Shown here: piece by piece, positions 48,235-61,843 of the stretch
How the letters are laid out: each line of letters opens with the position of its first letter
Position numbering within the stretch: position 1 is the first letter of the stretch
Translations under genes and position numbers: made by a program
Source: Fimicolochytrium jonesii
Taxonomy: Eukaryota
Reading direction: 5' to 3'
DNA: 64,000 nt
NCBI RefSeq assembly: GCF_025526975.1
Contig: NW_026515681.1
Coordinates: forward strand, 372,001-436,000
Notes under the pieces: model-generated
What the model saw: only the letters and a program-made list of their open reading frames with translations
Database searches by the model: none
Told to the model about the DNA's origin: nothing

Positions 48235-51200
48235 ATGGCTCCGACGACGTCACACCTCCCTATGGCTGCTCCGTCCTCCCTCCCTCCCAAGGTCGCTGGT
48301 CAAGTAACCTTCTATTTGCATGTTGCGTTCTCTCAACTGTCATGGACGTACTCTGCCGCACCTGCAGGCGGAAAAGGTCCGGCCTCTGTTCTCCTATTGT
48401 GGTGGGGGGAAGAAGGGGCGGGAACTCTCTTCACCCCTTCGATAACTGGCGCAGTGGAGCAACCTACGGCCCAGACTTCTACGAAACCCCGACCGACGGC
48501 TGCATCACTTCTTCCGGTGCCACTGCGACGAGCATCCACCTGGTCGAGCGCCCCAACGAGTGAATTCCCCGCCGGGAAAGGCTTAGGAAAACCTGGGACA
48601 TCCATCAACATCCCCGGCACGCAGAAAATCACGCGCCGCCAGTATCCGATAAGATGCCGCAAATCCCAGCTCGACGCGTACTTCAGAGACATGGGGCCAC
48701 TTACCCTTCAGGTGCTGGTGAACTCCACCGTTTGTGGTGAGGTTACGGTTGATAATCTGCGGAAACTGACGGCGGAACCATCCGACAGCATAAGTGGACT
48801 TTATCCGATCCTTGAGGCGGTACCAGCGAACGGAAGGAGCAGCATCCGGGGCAAAAGCGGAAAGCGGAAGAAATTGGGCGAGGTGCACATATCGATGCAC
48901 TTGAAACCACCAGGGACTGGTATATTAGGTGCAGTTCCACCAGGGAAAGCGTCAAAGCCAAAGATGAAGAATGTGGCGGAGATATCCGATCCAAAAGCAG
49001 GGAAGAATGACGCGTTGGGAAGTCCGGTTGGAGCTGGAATTGCGCGTGCGGATCCTCGGACGGGGAGACAGCCGGAGGAAAAGCGTCAGAAACAGTCAGA
49101 GGTCACGGAAAGTAGGCCGATTCCTGCGTCGCCTCGGGCGCCGGAAAGCGAGCACCGCAGGCACACGAATAAGAACGCCGAGGAAGCGTCCACTACTGCG
49201 AGCCATGCTTCCCATTCCGCCTCTGCCAGTGAAGGCGGAGCCGACGCCTCGGATCTTGCCGCCAGAGACAAAGCAGGCGAGCAGCCGTCGTATGTTGGAG
49301 CATCGGAGTCGGAGCAGAACGAGCAATCCTGTAGTGCTGGTTACGACACAAAGGAAGACATTGACGTACACTTGGCTGCTACCATGCGTGAGATCCAAGA
49401 GCTGGCAGGAGACTTTCAGGCGTCTCGCGATCTCGGGAACCTGTCCAGCTCTCCAGAGTCAAACTCAGATATCTTGGGAGATGATATTCTCATCGAAGCG
49501 CTGAACTCGGAAGCGGGCAAGACTCTCATCGGCCAGGGCAAAGTACGCCATCCATCTGGGTATGACAACTATGTTGCTTCGGATGACGGCAGCGAGGACG
49601 AGAGGACGGATGGAGGCCGGGATGGAGATGATGATGAAGATGATGATGGTGCACAGTCATACGAAGATCGCGACGACTTGAGCATCGACGAGCGGAAGCG
49701 AAGAGCCATTCTTCCTCGCTATCCAACAAGAGCGCAAGTAGACACAGAAGCGAAACCCGGTAATCGCAAATTGTCAATGGAGCGACTCACCTCGCTTGGC
49801 CGAGTAACCTCCATCTGCATAACTGCTCATAATCTCGAGCTGCAACCAGAAAGCGTTCCGCATTCCGCCACAGGATTGTTCTTGGACATCACTATCCCAT
49901 GGGGACCGGGCAGAGGGACTGAGCGGATCACCATGCCCTCTAAGAGCCTTCCGCGTCTCACTGCGTCACGCAATGCCAGTCGCCGCCCTGTCGGAGCTCC
50001 GCCGGAAAACTCCAAATGGATCGCTGCTTTTGAGCGGGAGCAGGTGTTCCCCTGCACCTTCGACGCGTCTCTGGTCAAGTCGTGGGTGGGGAACGATATC
50101 GAGTTTCAAATTACCGCTAACCAGATCCCGGTATCCAAACTCGGTTCGCGGACCACCCTAGCTGCGCGACAAAGAACAGCAGCGCAGCCTTCGTGGTCGA
50201 TAGGGGGCACGTTACCCTGTAGGAATGTGCTCTTCAATGAGGGGCTCATATTGAAAGGGAAAGTACCGCTGTCGTCCAAACGAGGAGGCCCACGAAACGC
50301 CGAGAGACAAAGCAACATTGGGGAACTACATGTCACCGTTGAGTTGCAATACGCAGCCCCCAGCTCAGTCACGGAGCAATCATCTACCCACCCATGGACA
50401 GCGCCACCATTGAACGCTCCCACAGAGGAAAGGAAAGCGAAAGCGTCGGATTTGCGTTCCGGCACAGAACCCTTCCGCGCCCCACCCGTTCCGCATTATC
50501 TGTATCTGAACATCTCCACCGCTCGAGCTTTGTCAATCATGCCAACGCTCAATGCCAGCACAGTACAACTCTTCCTCATCGTGCGGTTTTTCTCCTCGTC
50601 TAGCCCACCGATCGAAACCGCCCCTATCTCCTACAAGCCACCGTTCGATCTACAAACCGGGAAACTGAACCCTCCTTCGGAGTTTGGCTTTCACTACACA
50701 GTTCCGTTGGCGATCACGGAACAATTTGTCAGAACGCACAGCGAGACACCTCTGATCGCGGAGGTATGGATGGTGGATGCAGAAAGTGCCGTTACGGCTC
50801 CCACGCTGCCTACCACCAAGGAAAGGGGCAATAGCACGCTAGTTGATCGGGGCGCAAAACTGCTGGGACTGGTCAAACTACCGTTCTCGCAAGTACTCAA
50901 AACGCTCGTTGAGGCGTATAGATACCCAGCTGCAAGCTACGAGGAGCTTCCTGTTATGGTGCCGAACGCCGAGTATGCCATTCTGGACCCTTTTTCTGGC
51001 AATGCGAAGGGATGGGTGACTGCTTCTCTCGCTCTGGGGACCTGGGGTCAGGTTAAGAAGATTAGGCCACCGGACCACAAGCCGGCGGAGGCGGACCGCG
51101 AGACTGAACGTGGCAAATCCGCTGAGGCTTCGGGCAGAGATGAAAAGACAAAGCGGCGTCATGTGAATCGCCATCATGAAGGAGATCAGGCCGTGGGGAG

Positions 51201-54200
51201 CAGGAAGGCACCTCGGGAACGGCGGAAATCCAAGGAAGGTGGATCGGACTGCCAGATGCTGATCACCATACACCGAGCATGTGGATTACGAGGCTTGATT
51301 AGCGCGCTACTGCGGCACCGCACGAACACGCACCAATCAAGCTCAGAACGCGATCAGTACACGCCTTTACATTTCGCAGAGGAAGTCGGCGTGAATGCCT
51401 TTGTTCGGCTGCAAATGTTTTCGCAGAGAATATCACATGTTCGCCAATCCTCGATTTCGAGCGAGACAGCCCAAGAAGACTTCACTGAAGACGACGTCTG
51501 TGTGGAAACGCCGATCATTGCGCATACATATACCCCAGACTGGGAGTTCTCGGCCGAATTGACTGTCAGGGGTCTCGACGATGACCTGATCAGATGGATG
51601 CGGCAAGGAGGCGAGGCCAGGGGGGAGATCTGGCACAAAGTACCACGCGACGAGGGCGATGCAACATTCAGCGAGGACGTCCTTCTGGGGACCTTTGGCG
51701 TGCCATTGCGAGAGTGTTTGTTGAAATCCCACGGAGTCGACAAGGCTTGGTTGACTGTTGTAGGGCATGACGATGCGGAGGCGGCGATCAGGGTTTCCGC
51801 GCGATTTGCGCCGGGATTTGATCTGCCGCTGGGACTGGGGCAAGGATATATTCTGAGAGCGGGGGAGCATTGGTGGTGCCAAATGCAAATCACCGCTAGA
51901 CGAGTCAAGGTGGCTACGCAGAGACCCAAGGCGGCCGGGACACATCTCACGAACCCATCTCCTTTCGCTGTCGAGGATATGCACATCTACGTCAGATGGC
52001 ATCGTGTACGCCAACCCGTCAGTGATGTAGATGTCAGCGAAGAGTTCACAACAGAATCGTCGAGGCCAGTTCCAGCACGGCGAAGCTATGGAGATCAAAC
52101 GCTGGTCGCCGATTTGGACTACTCTTTCGAAGAGGAGTTCGAAATCACGTCCTCTGTGTACAAAGCGATGGCCGAAGAAAGACTTGCGTTCGAGATTATG
52201 CAACGCGGATCAGAGGGGAAGGATGACACTCTCCTCGGAACGGCTTATGTAGATCTTTCGGAGTTATACGGGAGGATGCGAATAACACACTCCAAAGGCA
52301 AAGGGTCTCCCTCCAGACGTCAGCACCAAAAGTCGTCGATCATCGATGGAACCTTTCAAGTGATACACCCGAGTGTACCGGATCTGTTGGGGTCATCGAT
52401 CGAGTTGCGTATCGGTCTTACTCGTAGCGAAGAGCCTCTGAAAGGAACGAATGCGAAACCCGACGTAGAAGCATCAGAAGAGCTGCAGACAAAGGACTTG
52501 CCAGTCCGAACGATACCAACTGTAACGATACCAATTGTCCCAACCCTACCGCCTGAGATTTCTGTGCCACCCATACCCATCGACGTCATTGTCGAAAAAG
52601 CAATGCAGCTTCCGCTCATGGCGGACCCAGTATGCACATACCTTCCGTCGCCGTTTGTTCCGCAGGATCAGCAGCAGTTGGCACCACCAAATACATTCGT
52701 CACCTTCAATTGGGCTGGAACACCCGATACAGATGTGAGAACACCGGTCGTTCCAGCGCAGCGCTCTCCAACTTGGAACTTCACTGCGACAGTTGCTCAG
52801 GAAAGAACTGAGGCCGCGTTACGGCAACTCAAGGCAGAGAAATCCATTACGTTCCAGGTGTGGCATGCTCCTAGTTATGGCATTGGACGCAAGCCGGCCC
52901 CAGATCTGATTGCAACCAACGTGGTATCCGACGACCAGCGGACAGAGCTGCTTGGATCGGCCGTGGTGGAATTGGGCGGTCTGTTTGGCGGATTCAAGGA
53001 GATACATGGCTGGTATCATGTGCTGGACGATCGAAAGTTGTCGAAGGGTCAACTCCTCATCCGTGTGCGGCCAGCCGAGAACGTGGCGGCCATCTTGCGG
53101 GAAATGACAGGCGCACTGGAGTATAAAGGCCACGGGTCGAAAGGATCATCCTGTGGTCGCCGAACGTTGGAGGATGCATGCGCAGACATGCCAGCGGTCG
53201 CCATCGCTGTGCCTTCCAACAGGCGCGAGGAAACGCTATCGAGCAGTATCCAGTCATTAGTGACGGCTACATCCACAAGCAAAATGGCCTTGCAGGCCGG
53301 ACAAATTTTCGACACCTGGGTATGGACGGGAAGCAAATGGGCGCATCGACAGCTGGATGTACGTACAGTGGAAGACGAAACAAGCACGTTTCCTGCAGGC
53401 AAGCTGGATGCTGTGATATGGACACCAAACGATGCAGAACAAGAGAATCCGGGTTCCCAAAACTTCCGGGGTACCGCTACATTAGGAGGCCCAGAGGAAG
53501 GACTTGATACACGACCAAGTCCTGAAAAGACGACAACAGGCACCGGTTTGCGGTCTAGGACAGGAGTACGGACGCCACCGCCAGCAATTGCGAGCAATGG
53601 AGCTGGTCTCCCCTCGCCCAGAGCAACAACTTCCCATGATCGTCCAGCGTCCCTAATACTGACCGCAAGAACCGCACCGGTGTCAAACAAGGCTATTGAG
53701 GATTCGCCCTCGAGTTCTCCGCTATCTAGTGACGGCCTGTATCAAAGGGAGGAGCCTGACGATTCCAAACGTGGCCACTCAAACGATCGGCCTACAATCT
53801 TCGGCGCTTCACCGTCACAGTCGGAAGCCAGGGAAGGTACATGTCTTGCGGATGATGATGAAGCAGGCGAGTTGCGAGTGAGTCACCTGCGATCTCCAAA
53901 CGAGCAGGGACCCATCCGCCATGAGTCAACAGCTGTTGAGAAAACTTCCCGTTCAACTGTTATATCGAAAACGGCGTCACTTTCTGCCCAGCATGCTGAG
54001 GTCTCGCAGACAAACACCGACGATGTCCAGGCTGGCATCGCGGAGAAGCCTGATGCTCACCTGCACATGGAGCATTTTCACTTAGGTGCCTCCTTGCCAG
54101 AAGCGGGCGTCCTTCAAAACAAAGCTATTGAGCAGATCAACGATGAAGAATTGAGCCCTGAGGCCCGGAAAGGAACAATTGCACCCGTCACACAGATGAC

Positions 54201-55132
54201 GAACGGCGGGGAGTCATGTTCTATCGATCCTTCGCGTTTGGCAGGAATGGACCTGCATGATCACGTAGGTGACTTTCGTGTTCGATAGCGACAGGCTGCT
54301 GCTAATTACCATTGCCTAGGTTTCGTTGGAAAGTCATCTGGATACGAAACTGAACGATACGACAGAGGGTGTGGAAAAGCGGAATGTGCGAGGTGGGACC
54401 TCCCCCCACAGGTTCCATTCGGACCTGAAACAGCCTGTTCGAAGGCGAAACGCGAACGAAGGTTTCGAGAATGATGAGACAACGACTAGTATTGGTGGCA
54501 ACACCAGCCGCGTGGCTGAAAGCCTCCTAACTCCGTCGTCATCTGTGTCCGCCGAGGACAGCGACCTCGATGGGATGTCGTCCGACGCCTCTTCCTCTAC
54601 AAGCGTTCACGGTAGATCGAGATACCGCACGGATCTGCGAACCGCTAAAAACGAGGAGAATCGTGGCATTTTGCCGAATGACCTCAATGACGCAACCAGC
54701 GACGACGAAATTTACAGTATTCTTGCCAACAGGCGCATGGCAGCCGCGGCATTAGTTGCGGAATCCACGCGAAGGCTTGCCGAAAAGTCCGAACGAACTG
54801 CTGCCGCCCCATTCTCCTATCGAAACAGGCGCCAGCCACGGCACCCATCTTCCGCATCAGAAATGAAACACTATGACCCATTCGGCAACCGGAATGAGGG
54901 TAGTCGTATAGCATGGAAAATGGCCGTCGACTCGTCAGATACAGACGCCGAAAACACCTTATCAAGGGGAAAGAAAATGCAGACACGACATCATGCGCCC
55001 TCACCAATACCAGATTTTGGGGAGGTAATGGCTAGAAGTCGAATCACGAGCTTCACGAAAGAGCGTCAGGAGCGAATCGAGCAGATCTTCAAGTATGACG
55101 TGCAGGACGAAACGAACGTTACGGGTGAATAA
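48235..55132 (+). CDS. C2CD3: C2 domain-containing protein 3 (centriole distal-end protein)
   Basis: N-terminal LPPKVAGQ...WWGEEGAGTLFTP...YPIRCRKSQLDAYFRDM matches the C2CD3 N-terminal C2 domain. Also LSMERLTSLGRV and several C2 domains (IHRACGL...GVNAFV; VEKAMQLP...PNTFVTF; IHGWYHV). Intron at about 54266..54320. Ends ERIEQIF. Confidence 0.88.
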
Positions 55133-55347
55133 CAAGGATAACGAGCAGCTGCCCGTCCAAGACTTCCATCGCTGTGTCGCTTCTCCGCCACGTCTCCTTG
55201 GGCGGCCAAGGATGGGCGCTCTTGCGGGACACGCCTATATCCGCATTTTTCGGGAGCACGCGCCTGTACATGCGTTGAACAAGATCCATATCATTTTCGC
55301 CATACTCTACCCTGTCATCTACTTAATTAGACGAAGCAGTCTATCTA

Positions 55348-58223
55348 TCAATAGAACGTGTGTAATCCTGCCCAATCGGGCCCTTCATCTGCACCACGAC
55401 GAATCCCGCCTTTGTTGTTCGGATCCGTCTTGAAGGCATTAGCTATGTTGCCTACGACTGATGGGCTCTTTGACATCCTCGTTGCCACAATAGATGGCCT
55501 TTGATAAGGAACATAGTCGGTGTCGCCGTTCGGAATACCAGAAACATTACTCTCCGACCGAGGCATCCCGGCATTTGAGTAGGCATTAGGATCGTTCGTC
55601 ATAGGTCCCGCAACATATGACGGCGACTGACTCGTACTGAATGAACTTCCGGGCGGCGCGGCGAAGTTAATGTCATCCCCGGCTGCATAACTCCCTGCAA
55701 CCGCTTGCTGACTTATGAAGTCCTTTACCGACGGTTTTCTGGCCGAAGAAAAACCGGCGAGTGGTTGTGTTGAGCTTACAGAAGGAGACCGACTTCTGTT
55801 ACCCACCGTTCCGCGGCCATCTCCCATCATGTTACCGGCGAACATCGACAACGCCGGACCTGTGGCCAAAGTCGGTGATGTCGGACCTCCCCTTGAGAAA
55901 GCGGCAAGGGATTGTCCTCCTTGCGCAGATGGGGAACGATTGAGACCAGGAGATCCGGTCTGGAAACCAGGCGGGCGAGAGAACGTCGAAAGCGGACGCG
56001 CTTTCCGCGCACCATCTTGCGGCATCTGTTGTGGCGGCTCTTGATGTTGGGGTTGAGGGTGTCCTTCTTGAGGGAAGAACCTCGCTAAACTGCTCTGAGG
56101 TTGCACAGAAGTAGGACGCTGGGAGCTGGGATTGGCGGCGTGGGGCTGTACGCCAATTCCTCCTGCAGGATTGTGTGATTGACTCGCGAGCACCTCAATT
56201 GGCGGCGCTGACGGCTGCTGATTTGGCGGGATATACGATCTGCGATTGTCATTTTGAGGCCGAGCGCTTTGCTCAGATTGTGTGCCGTAAAGCTGTCGCT
56301 CGTCGGAACTATATGCCGGGTTTGGCCCCATTGTCTGCGGATTCACGTTGGGAACAAGGCCTGCCGCCCCATTGGGTATCAACGACTGTCTATTCGTTTG
56401 CGTAGGCAAGGTAGAGCCTTGTGGTCCAACATATTGGGCGCCCTGAGGGTATTGCTGAGCGCCGTCAGTGGGCAGCATTTGTTGCGCGCTGTTGGCAGTT
56501 GCAGCGAAGCTTGCCGTTAGTGGTTTTCCGGCAGACGTGAAAGATTGTTGTGCTGTAATAATGTTTCAGCTGGGCGTTCATCCGTATGTACATCTGCACC
56601 AAACCTTCCGACTAGCGAACTTACATTGCAACGAAGGTACTCCCGAGGTGGGAGGGCTCGATACAGATGCTTGCCTTGCTTTCGCTGCAGCGGCTTCGTC
56701 ATGCACTTCCTTCAGCGCGATGTATTTTGCTCTCAACGCCAGATTCTGCACCATTTGCGCCTGAGGTGAAAAGAGTTTCCTTTTCATCTCCTTTCCAGTT
56801 TGTTTATGCTTCCACCGAAGGATAATGCGATCGGGTGTACGTTTTACTACCAAGTCCTCCCATTGTTCCGCAAAGGCGTAGCCCTGTGTGCGGGGATGTC
56901 AGTATCATGAACATGTACAGGATCCTTTTGCTTGGACGTACATTCTTGTCAAGGTCCATCACGACCAGTCCAGAGCTAGAAACTCCGACCAACCACCTTT
57001 GCAGCCGAAATTCGAAGAATCCAGCCGGTGGGCGATCTCCGCAGCAAGGGAAGAAAGAACAACCATAACAAGCCCATTCCCGAACGAGTTCCAAATACCT
57101 GCATGACGGATGAGAGTGTGTCGATACTGCAAAGAACTCGTGAAGCGCTCTTACAGTATTCGGATGCTCTCAGTCGATCGACCCACATGTTTTTGATGTT
57201 CTGTTGAGAGACATACTTCCCATTCCTCCGGCTTCAGGTCATCATAAAATCTCCGCGGGACCAAGGTTTGCCAGTGATCATGTTTCCTGCCAATCAAAGA
57301 ATTTGAGATGACGGAAATCCTTTCATAACAGCTTGTGGCCTACATTATATATCCAGGTGAATGTCGGACTTTGTCATAGGCTCCCGTGGAAATGGCGAGC
57401 ATCATTCCGCCCAAAGCGACGGCATCTGACAAGGTGCAAACATATCTGCCAGTCATGACATTTCTTCTCGCCTGGAACACCAATAATTATTTCCATAGCA
57501 CATCACAAGAGACTTATGAGGTCCGGCCCACATCATACCTCGCCGTATAGGAGTCTGACAGTCGAAGGATCTGTGTATTTTCGCTCTTGCGATCTCGTGA
57601 CGGTCGCCTCACGTCGAAACACGAACCAATGTCGATTGATCGGATGACCTGGATCTATTGCCTCCGGATAATGTGTGTAATCGAGAACCCTACGGTCGCC
57701 ATAGTATTAGAGGAGCTCGCACCGCGCTCAGGCAAGATTACCCGAGCCCCACATGGTGTTCCACTTATCCATGATGGAGAATATATCGAGGTCCGGACGG
57801 ACCTGGAGCTCTGCTCGGAGTTTAGTTTTGATTATCACCGGGACCGTTGCTACTGTCAGAACACCGACCTAAGTCCTTAGCAATGATCCACAAGGCAAAC
57901 AGCTTCCGAGCTTCACGAGGCAACCCTTCCTTTTCGCTTATTATAGCGCATATTCGTGAACCCAAGAGCGGGCCGGCGTTGAACTTGGCATTGAAATCAT
58001 GCTCCGAGTCTCCGTTTAGAATGCGTATCCTGATTGTTACAAATTCAGACCCATCGTCCGGTTTGATATGCCGTTGTAGGGGCGGTTGCCATGCCGCCTC
58101 TCGGGCTGCTTCCGGACCTTTCGAGATCGCGGCCTGTGCTGGCGCTCTTCGAGTCAATGCTTGTTCGTGGAGAAGAGGATTGGACGAAGAAAGCCTATCG
58201 TCTTTTTTCTTGCCGAACTTCAT
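55348..58223 (-). CDS. FERM-domain protein, FRMD8 (iTAP)/KRIT1-like, with long disordered C-terminus
   Basis: LFALWIIAKDL|ELQVRPDL, LLYGE|ARRNVMTGRY and REWACYGCSFF...LVGVSSSGLVVMD. Multiple introns. Confidence 0.75.
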
Positions 58224-58794
58224 CTTGTATAATCCTTCAGGCTGCGCTGTGATATGATGTTTTGTATGCCGCGATTCTGAGAGCGTCAGAATCAAAGCAC
58301 ATTAATGCACGCTTTTCGAGCAAAACGGGGAAGGTAGGCAGAGCATATATTTATGAGTGTTCTTCTTACCGTTTGGCTTTGCTTCGAATAGACTTTTCCA
58401 CAAACTTGTGTTCAAACACAATTGTGCGCTTTACACTTTTTGGCGCTCCCAATTTAGTTCCTCCTTTTCGAGACTCAATATAGAAATAGAGGGTCCCTCA
58501 AAGCGACAGCACACACGCGCTGTCAAATTTCATTTGTTTGCTTACCCATAGCTCCGACTTTTGCTATTCCCGAGTGCTCCTACGTGCACCTTCAGACTGG
58601 CACCAGGAATGCCAAGTCACGTATCACTGCATGCCAACAGAGTTAACCCTAAGTTACTTTATGACTGCGAGATCTATGCTGCTGTGTATGAAATATCAGC
58701 AAGCCCTGGTCACTTCCATTACTTCCTTTCTCATTCTGTCCTACATTTCCTGTCCTTAAACGCAGAAAGTTTCCTACTACAGCCTGTTTGAAAT

Positions 58795-61572
58795 ATGGGT
58801 AACTCCACTTCAGCAGTTGCAGATCCGAATGCGCCCTACTATGGACATAGGGTGAAGCACCGAGAGGCCGCATCCGCTCCGCATCTCCATAAAATCGGTG
58901 CGAATCACGATGCTCGGGATGCCTCTTCCGAAATCCCAAATAAGAACAGAGGGGCTGAAGTAAAACATCTGAAGACCAATGGACACCGAATCCTGGAAAG
59001 CCGTGAAGTGGAAAGTGCAACGACGACTCCTCATCACTCAGAACAACCGCCGTTGCCACCACAACGTTACTCTTCTGATAGGAACAAGTTGCTGGGTTCG
59101 GCATTTGACCTGGACGTCGAAAAGGGTTGCAGCGCCCCGGTTTCACCGCAGGACCGGGGAATCAGGAGGGAGAGTTGGAGAGGAACCATGGCCAACGTCG
59201 TCGATGGATTGTTCTCTGCTGCAGGAACTATGGTCAAAGACACAGTCGATATCTGGGGAGATAATCGCCCATCGGCGCACCCAGTGCAGGACACAATGCC
59301 AGGCGCATTTGACAGAGCAGAGAATGGCAAGTGCTACGGGCAGCAACCGGCCTGAGACTAAGAAATAATCCGCGGGGCTGGCAAATAACACTGTTTGTGC
59401 GTATCTAGGTTCAGTCTTACCATCGCTGATGGACCATCAACAACACAGTCAGAAGCGTCTCCCTAGTGGAGAGGACGCTAGGAGGGATGTAGGGATTTCA
59501 ACCGATGACGTGACGTCCAAGCTTGGCAGGGTTAGCCTAGTGCAGCCAACCCTACCGCCCATCCCAAACTACTCTCTCGAAATCGACTCAACGTCATGGA
59601 GTCAAGGCTACCGGTATCCAAAGCAGGCTGGGCCGTCAATATCCCCCCCAAATGGCCAATCTGGCCCTTGGTCAGCTGTTCCTCTTACCTCACAGCACAA
59701 TGCATCTCAAGCATTTGCGCCAGGCGCTGTGTCTCACTTGCGGCCGATCCCCCCCATGCCAACTATCCACACGAAGCCGCGTGGAGCGCAACATGTCAGC
59801 GGGTTACCGAATGTTGAAAGCGTGCGCAACTTTGAGGAACCACAATCCGCAATACCTCATTCGCCACCAAAGGATGTTGGAGATGGCGTTATACCCCGGA
59901 GGACGTATGGCTGGCATGATGAGAAGGAATCCCCCAGCGCTGCAATAATATCGGACGCGCGCACTACGGGATCTGAAGTCGATCGACCACCCGTTCCACC
60001 CAAGCCGCTCACGATAACCAAGGCATCAGTCGGGGCACCAAAACTGAGCCGTATAACCAAGTACAATTCTTGTTCGTCACTGTTTGTCGAGTCCACAATT
60101 ACCAATGCGCAGCTCAATGAAACATTGAGATGGTATGGTTACCTGCATAACTTCATCCTCCATCGGGATATTATGGAAGCTCATAACTCCGTACAGTATT
60201 GCCGGCGCTTTGGTGAAGCACATGAAGCAGAAACACCAAGGAAGGACGAATGAGTCGCCAGAGATCTTTTCTGAAGAGCATCGCCCGCTATCCGTAAGTC
60301 ACTCCGGAATCATAATCTTCATCAGAATGAAATCGGGCTGATGTGTTCCATCCGGGAAGCAGAATCATATTCAGTTCCATCGTAAAATACCAGAAGATGA
60401 TGATGTGTATAAGTTTTTGGAGTGCCTCTTCAACGCTGCAGAACTGACGGCCGAAGTTGGGATCATTACTCTGGTAATAAACGGCTATAGGATGCCCTCT
60501 CATATCCACTTCTAGTTGTCACGTCTAATGCTCCTGAGCATTGCAGATTTACGTGGAGAGAATGCTGAACAACATGAACCTTCGCATGACGGCACAGAAT
60601 TGGACCCGCATAATACTTGGTGGTCTAGTTCTCGCAAGCAAAGTTTGGGATGACCACGCTGTGTGGAACATCGACTTTGTGCAGATCTTTCCTGATGTGG
60701 ATGTTGCGGATATGTACGTCCAGTGCCATTGAGCGTGCGTCCGGGAACAGCGTAGTGACATTTGTCGAATGCTTAGGAATGAGCTTGAGCGCTACTATCT
60801 TGTCGCATTGGAGTTTAACATCAACGTGAAGCCATCAACTTATGCCCGATACTACTTCGAGCTTCGAGAAGTTGTCGCCATGGAAAAGCGGTGGCCATCG
60901 CGACCCCTAAACGTTGATACCCTGGCGGAGAAACTAGAGGTTGGCGCACTCTTGAGTTGTTTGTGTTGGAGGATATACTGAAGTCACGGTTGCGAATCTT
61001 CTCTCGAACAGCCCCGTCCAAACCGGACACAACAAGTTCAAGAGATGGAACTTGTAAGTCCCGGGACGACGCTTCCTGCTTCCCGAGACCTTCCCACATC
61101 AAAAAGTTACTCGTCCAAACAATCAAGCGTCGGTAGCTCGTTTTCGACGTCAGCATTAGGCGTATCACATGGATTGGCCGAAAGCACGAAGGCTACGACA
61201 ATCAATTCGACAACAACATCACCTGGGAGCCTCCCAGCACTCCCAGGCCCCCATAGGACTTCCTCTCCAAGCAACAGCAAAGACAACTCCGAGCATAGGG
61301 CATTAAAAGCGGCAGACAAACTACCAACTGCGCACGTCCTTGGCTCAACGAATTCCACCAATGCATCAGCAGCAGCAGCATCAGCGCTTGCTTCAAATCT
61401 CGACAGCTACCTCGCTACACACGACGGAGCGAGCAGGCATCCGAATTCGACAACAGCTTCCGCGGTGGAACAAATCAAGAGCAAAGGGAGGAAGGAGAGA
61501 TTAAATACGTTGCGAAAAAGCAGATCGGATCATTTCTTCAACCCGACAAAACCACCAGCTATGGTGCTATGA
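58795..61572 (+). CDS. CCNY: Cyclin Y homolog
   Basis: MGNSTS myristoylation start, KYNSCSSLFVESTI, IYVERML...NWTRIILGGLVLASKVWDDHAVWNIDF...|NELERYYLVALEFNINVKPSTYARYYFELR and C-terminal RKSRS motif. Confidence 0.92.
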
Positions 61573-61843
61573 TGGCGCCATGATGCACATTCCTGTATCT
61601 CGTTTTCTCACTTCGTACGCCATCTTATTTCTTGTAATTTGATTTTACCTTATCGTCGCGCAACAAACCAACAAATCTGCTACGGTAGGCTCCGGTGGGT
61701 TGGGGAACACAAGGGCCCGTCCCGCCGTTGACGGCTGTCAAAAATGCGGGGAAACCCCGTCAAAAAGCAGTAACCATGACGGCCTCTTAAGATTCGCAAA
61801 GGTTCCAACAGGCCCGACGCGAAACACCCGATTGATGTATCTA

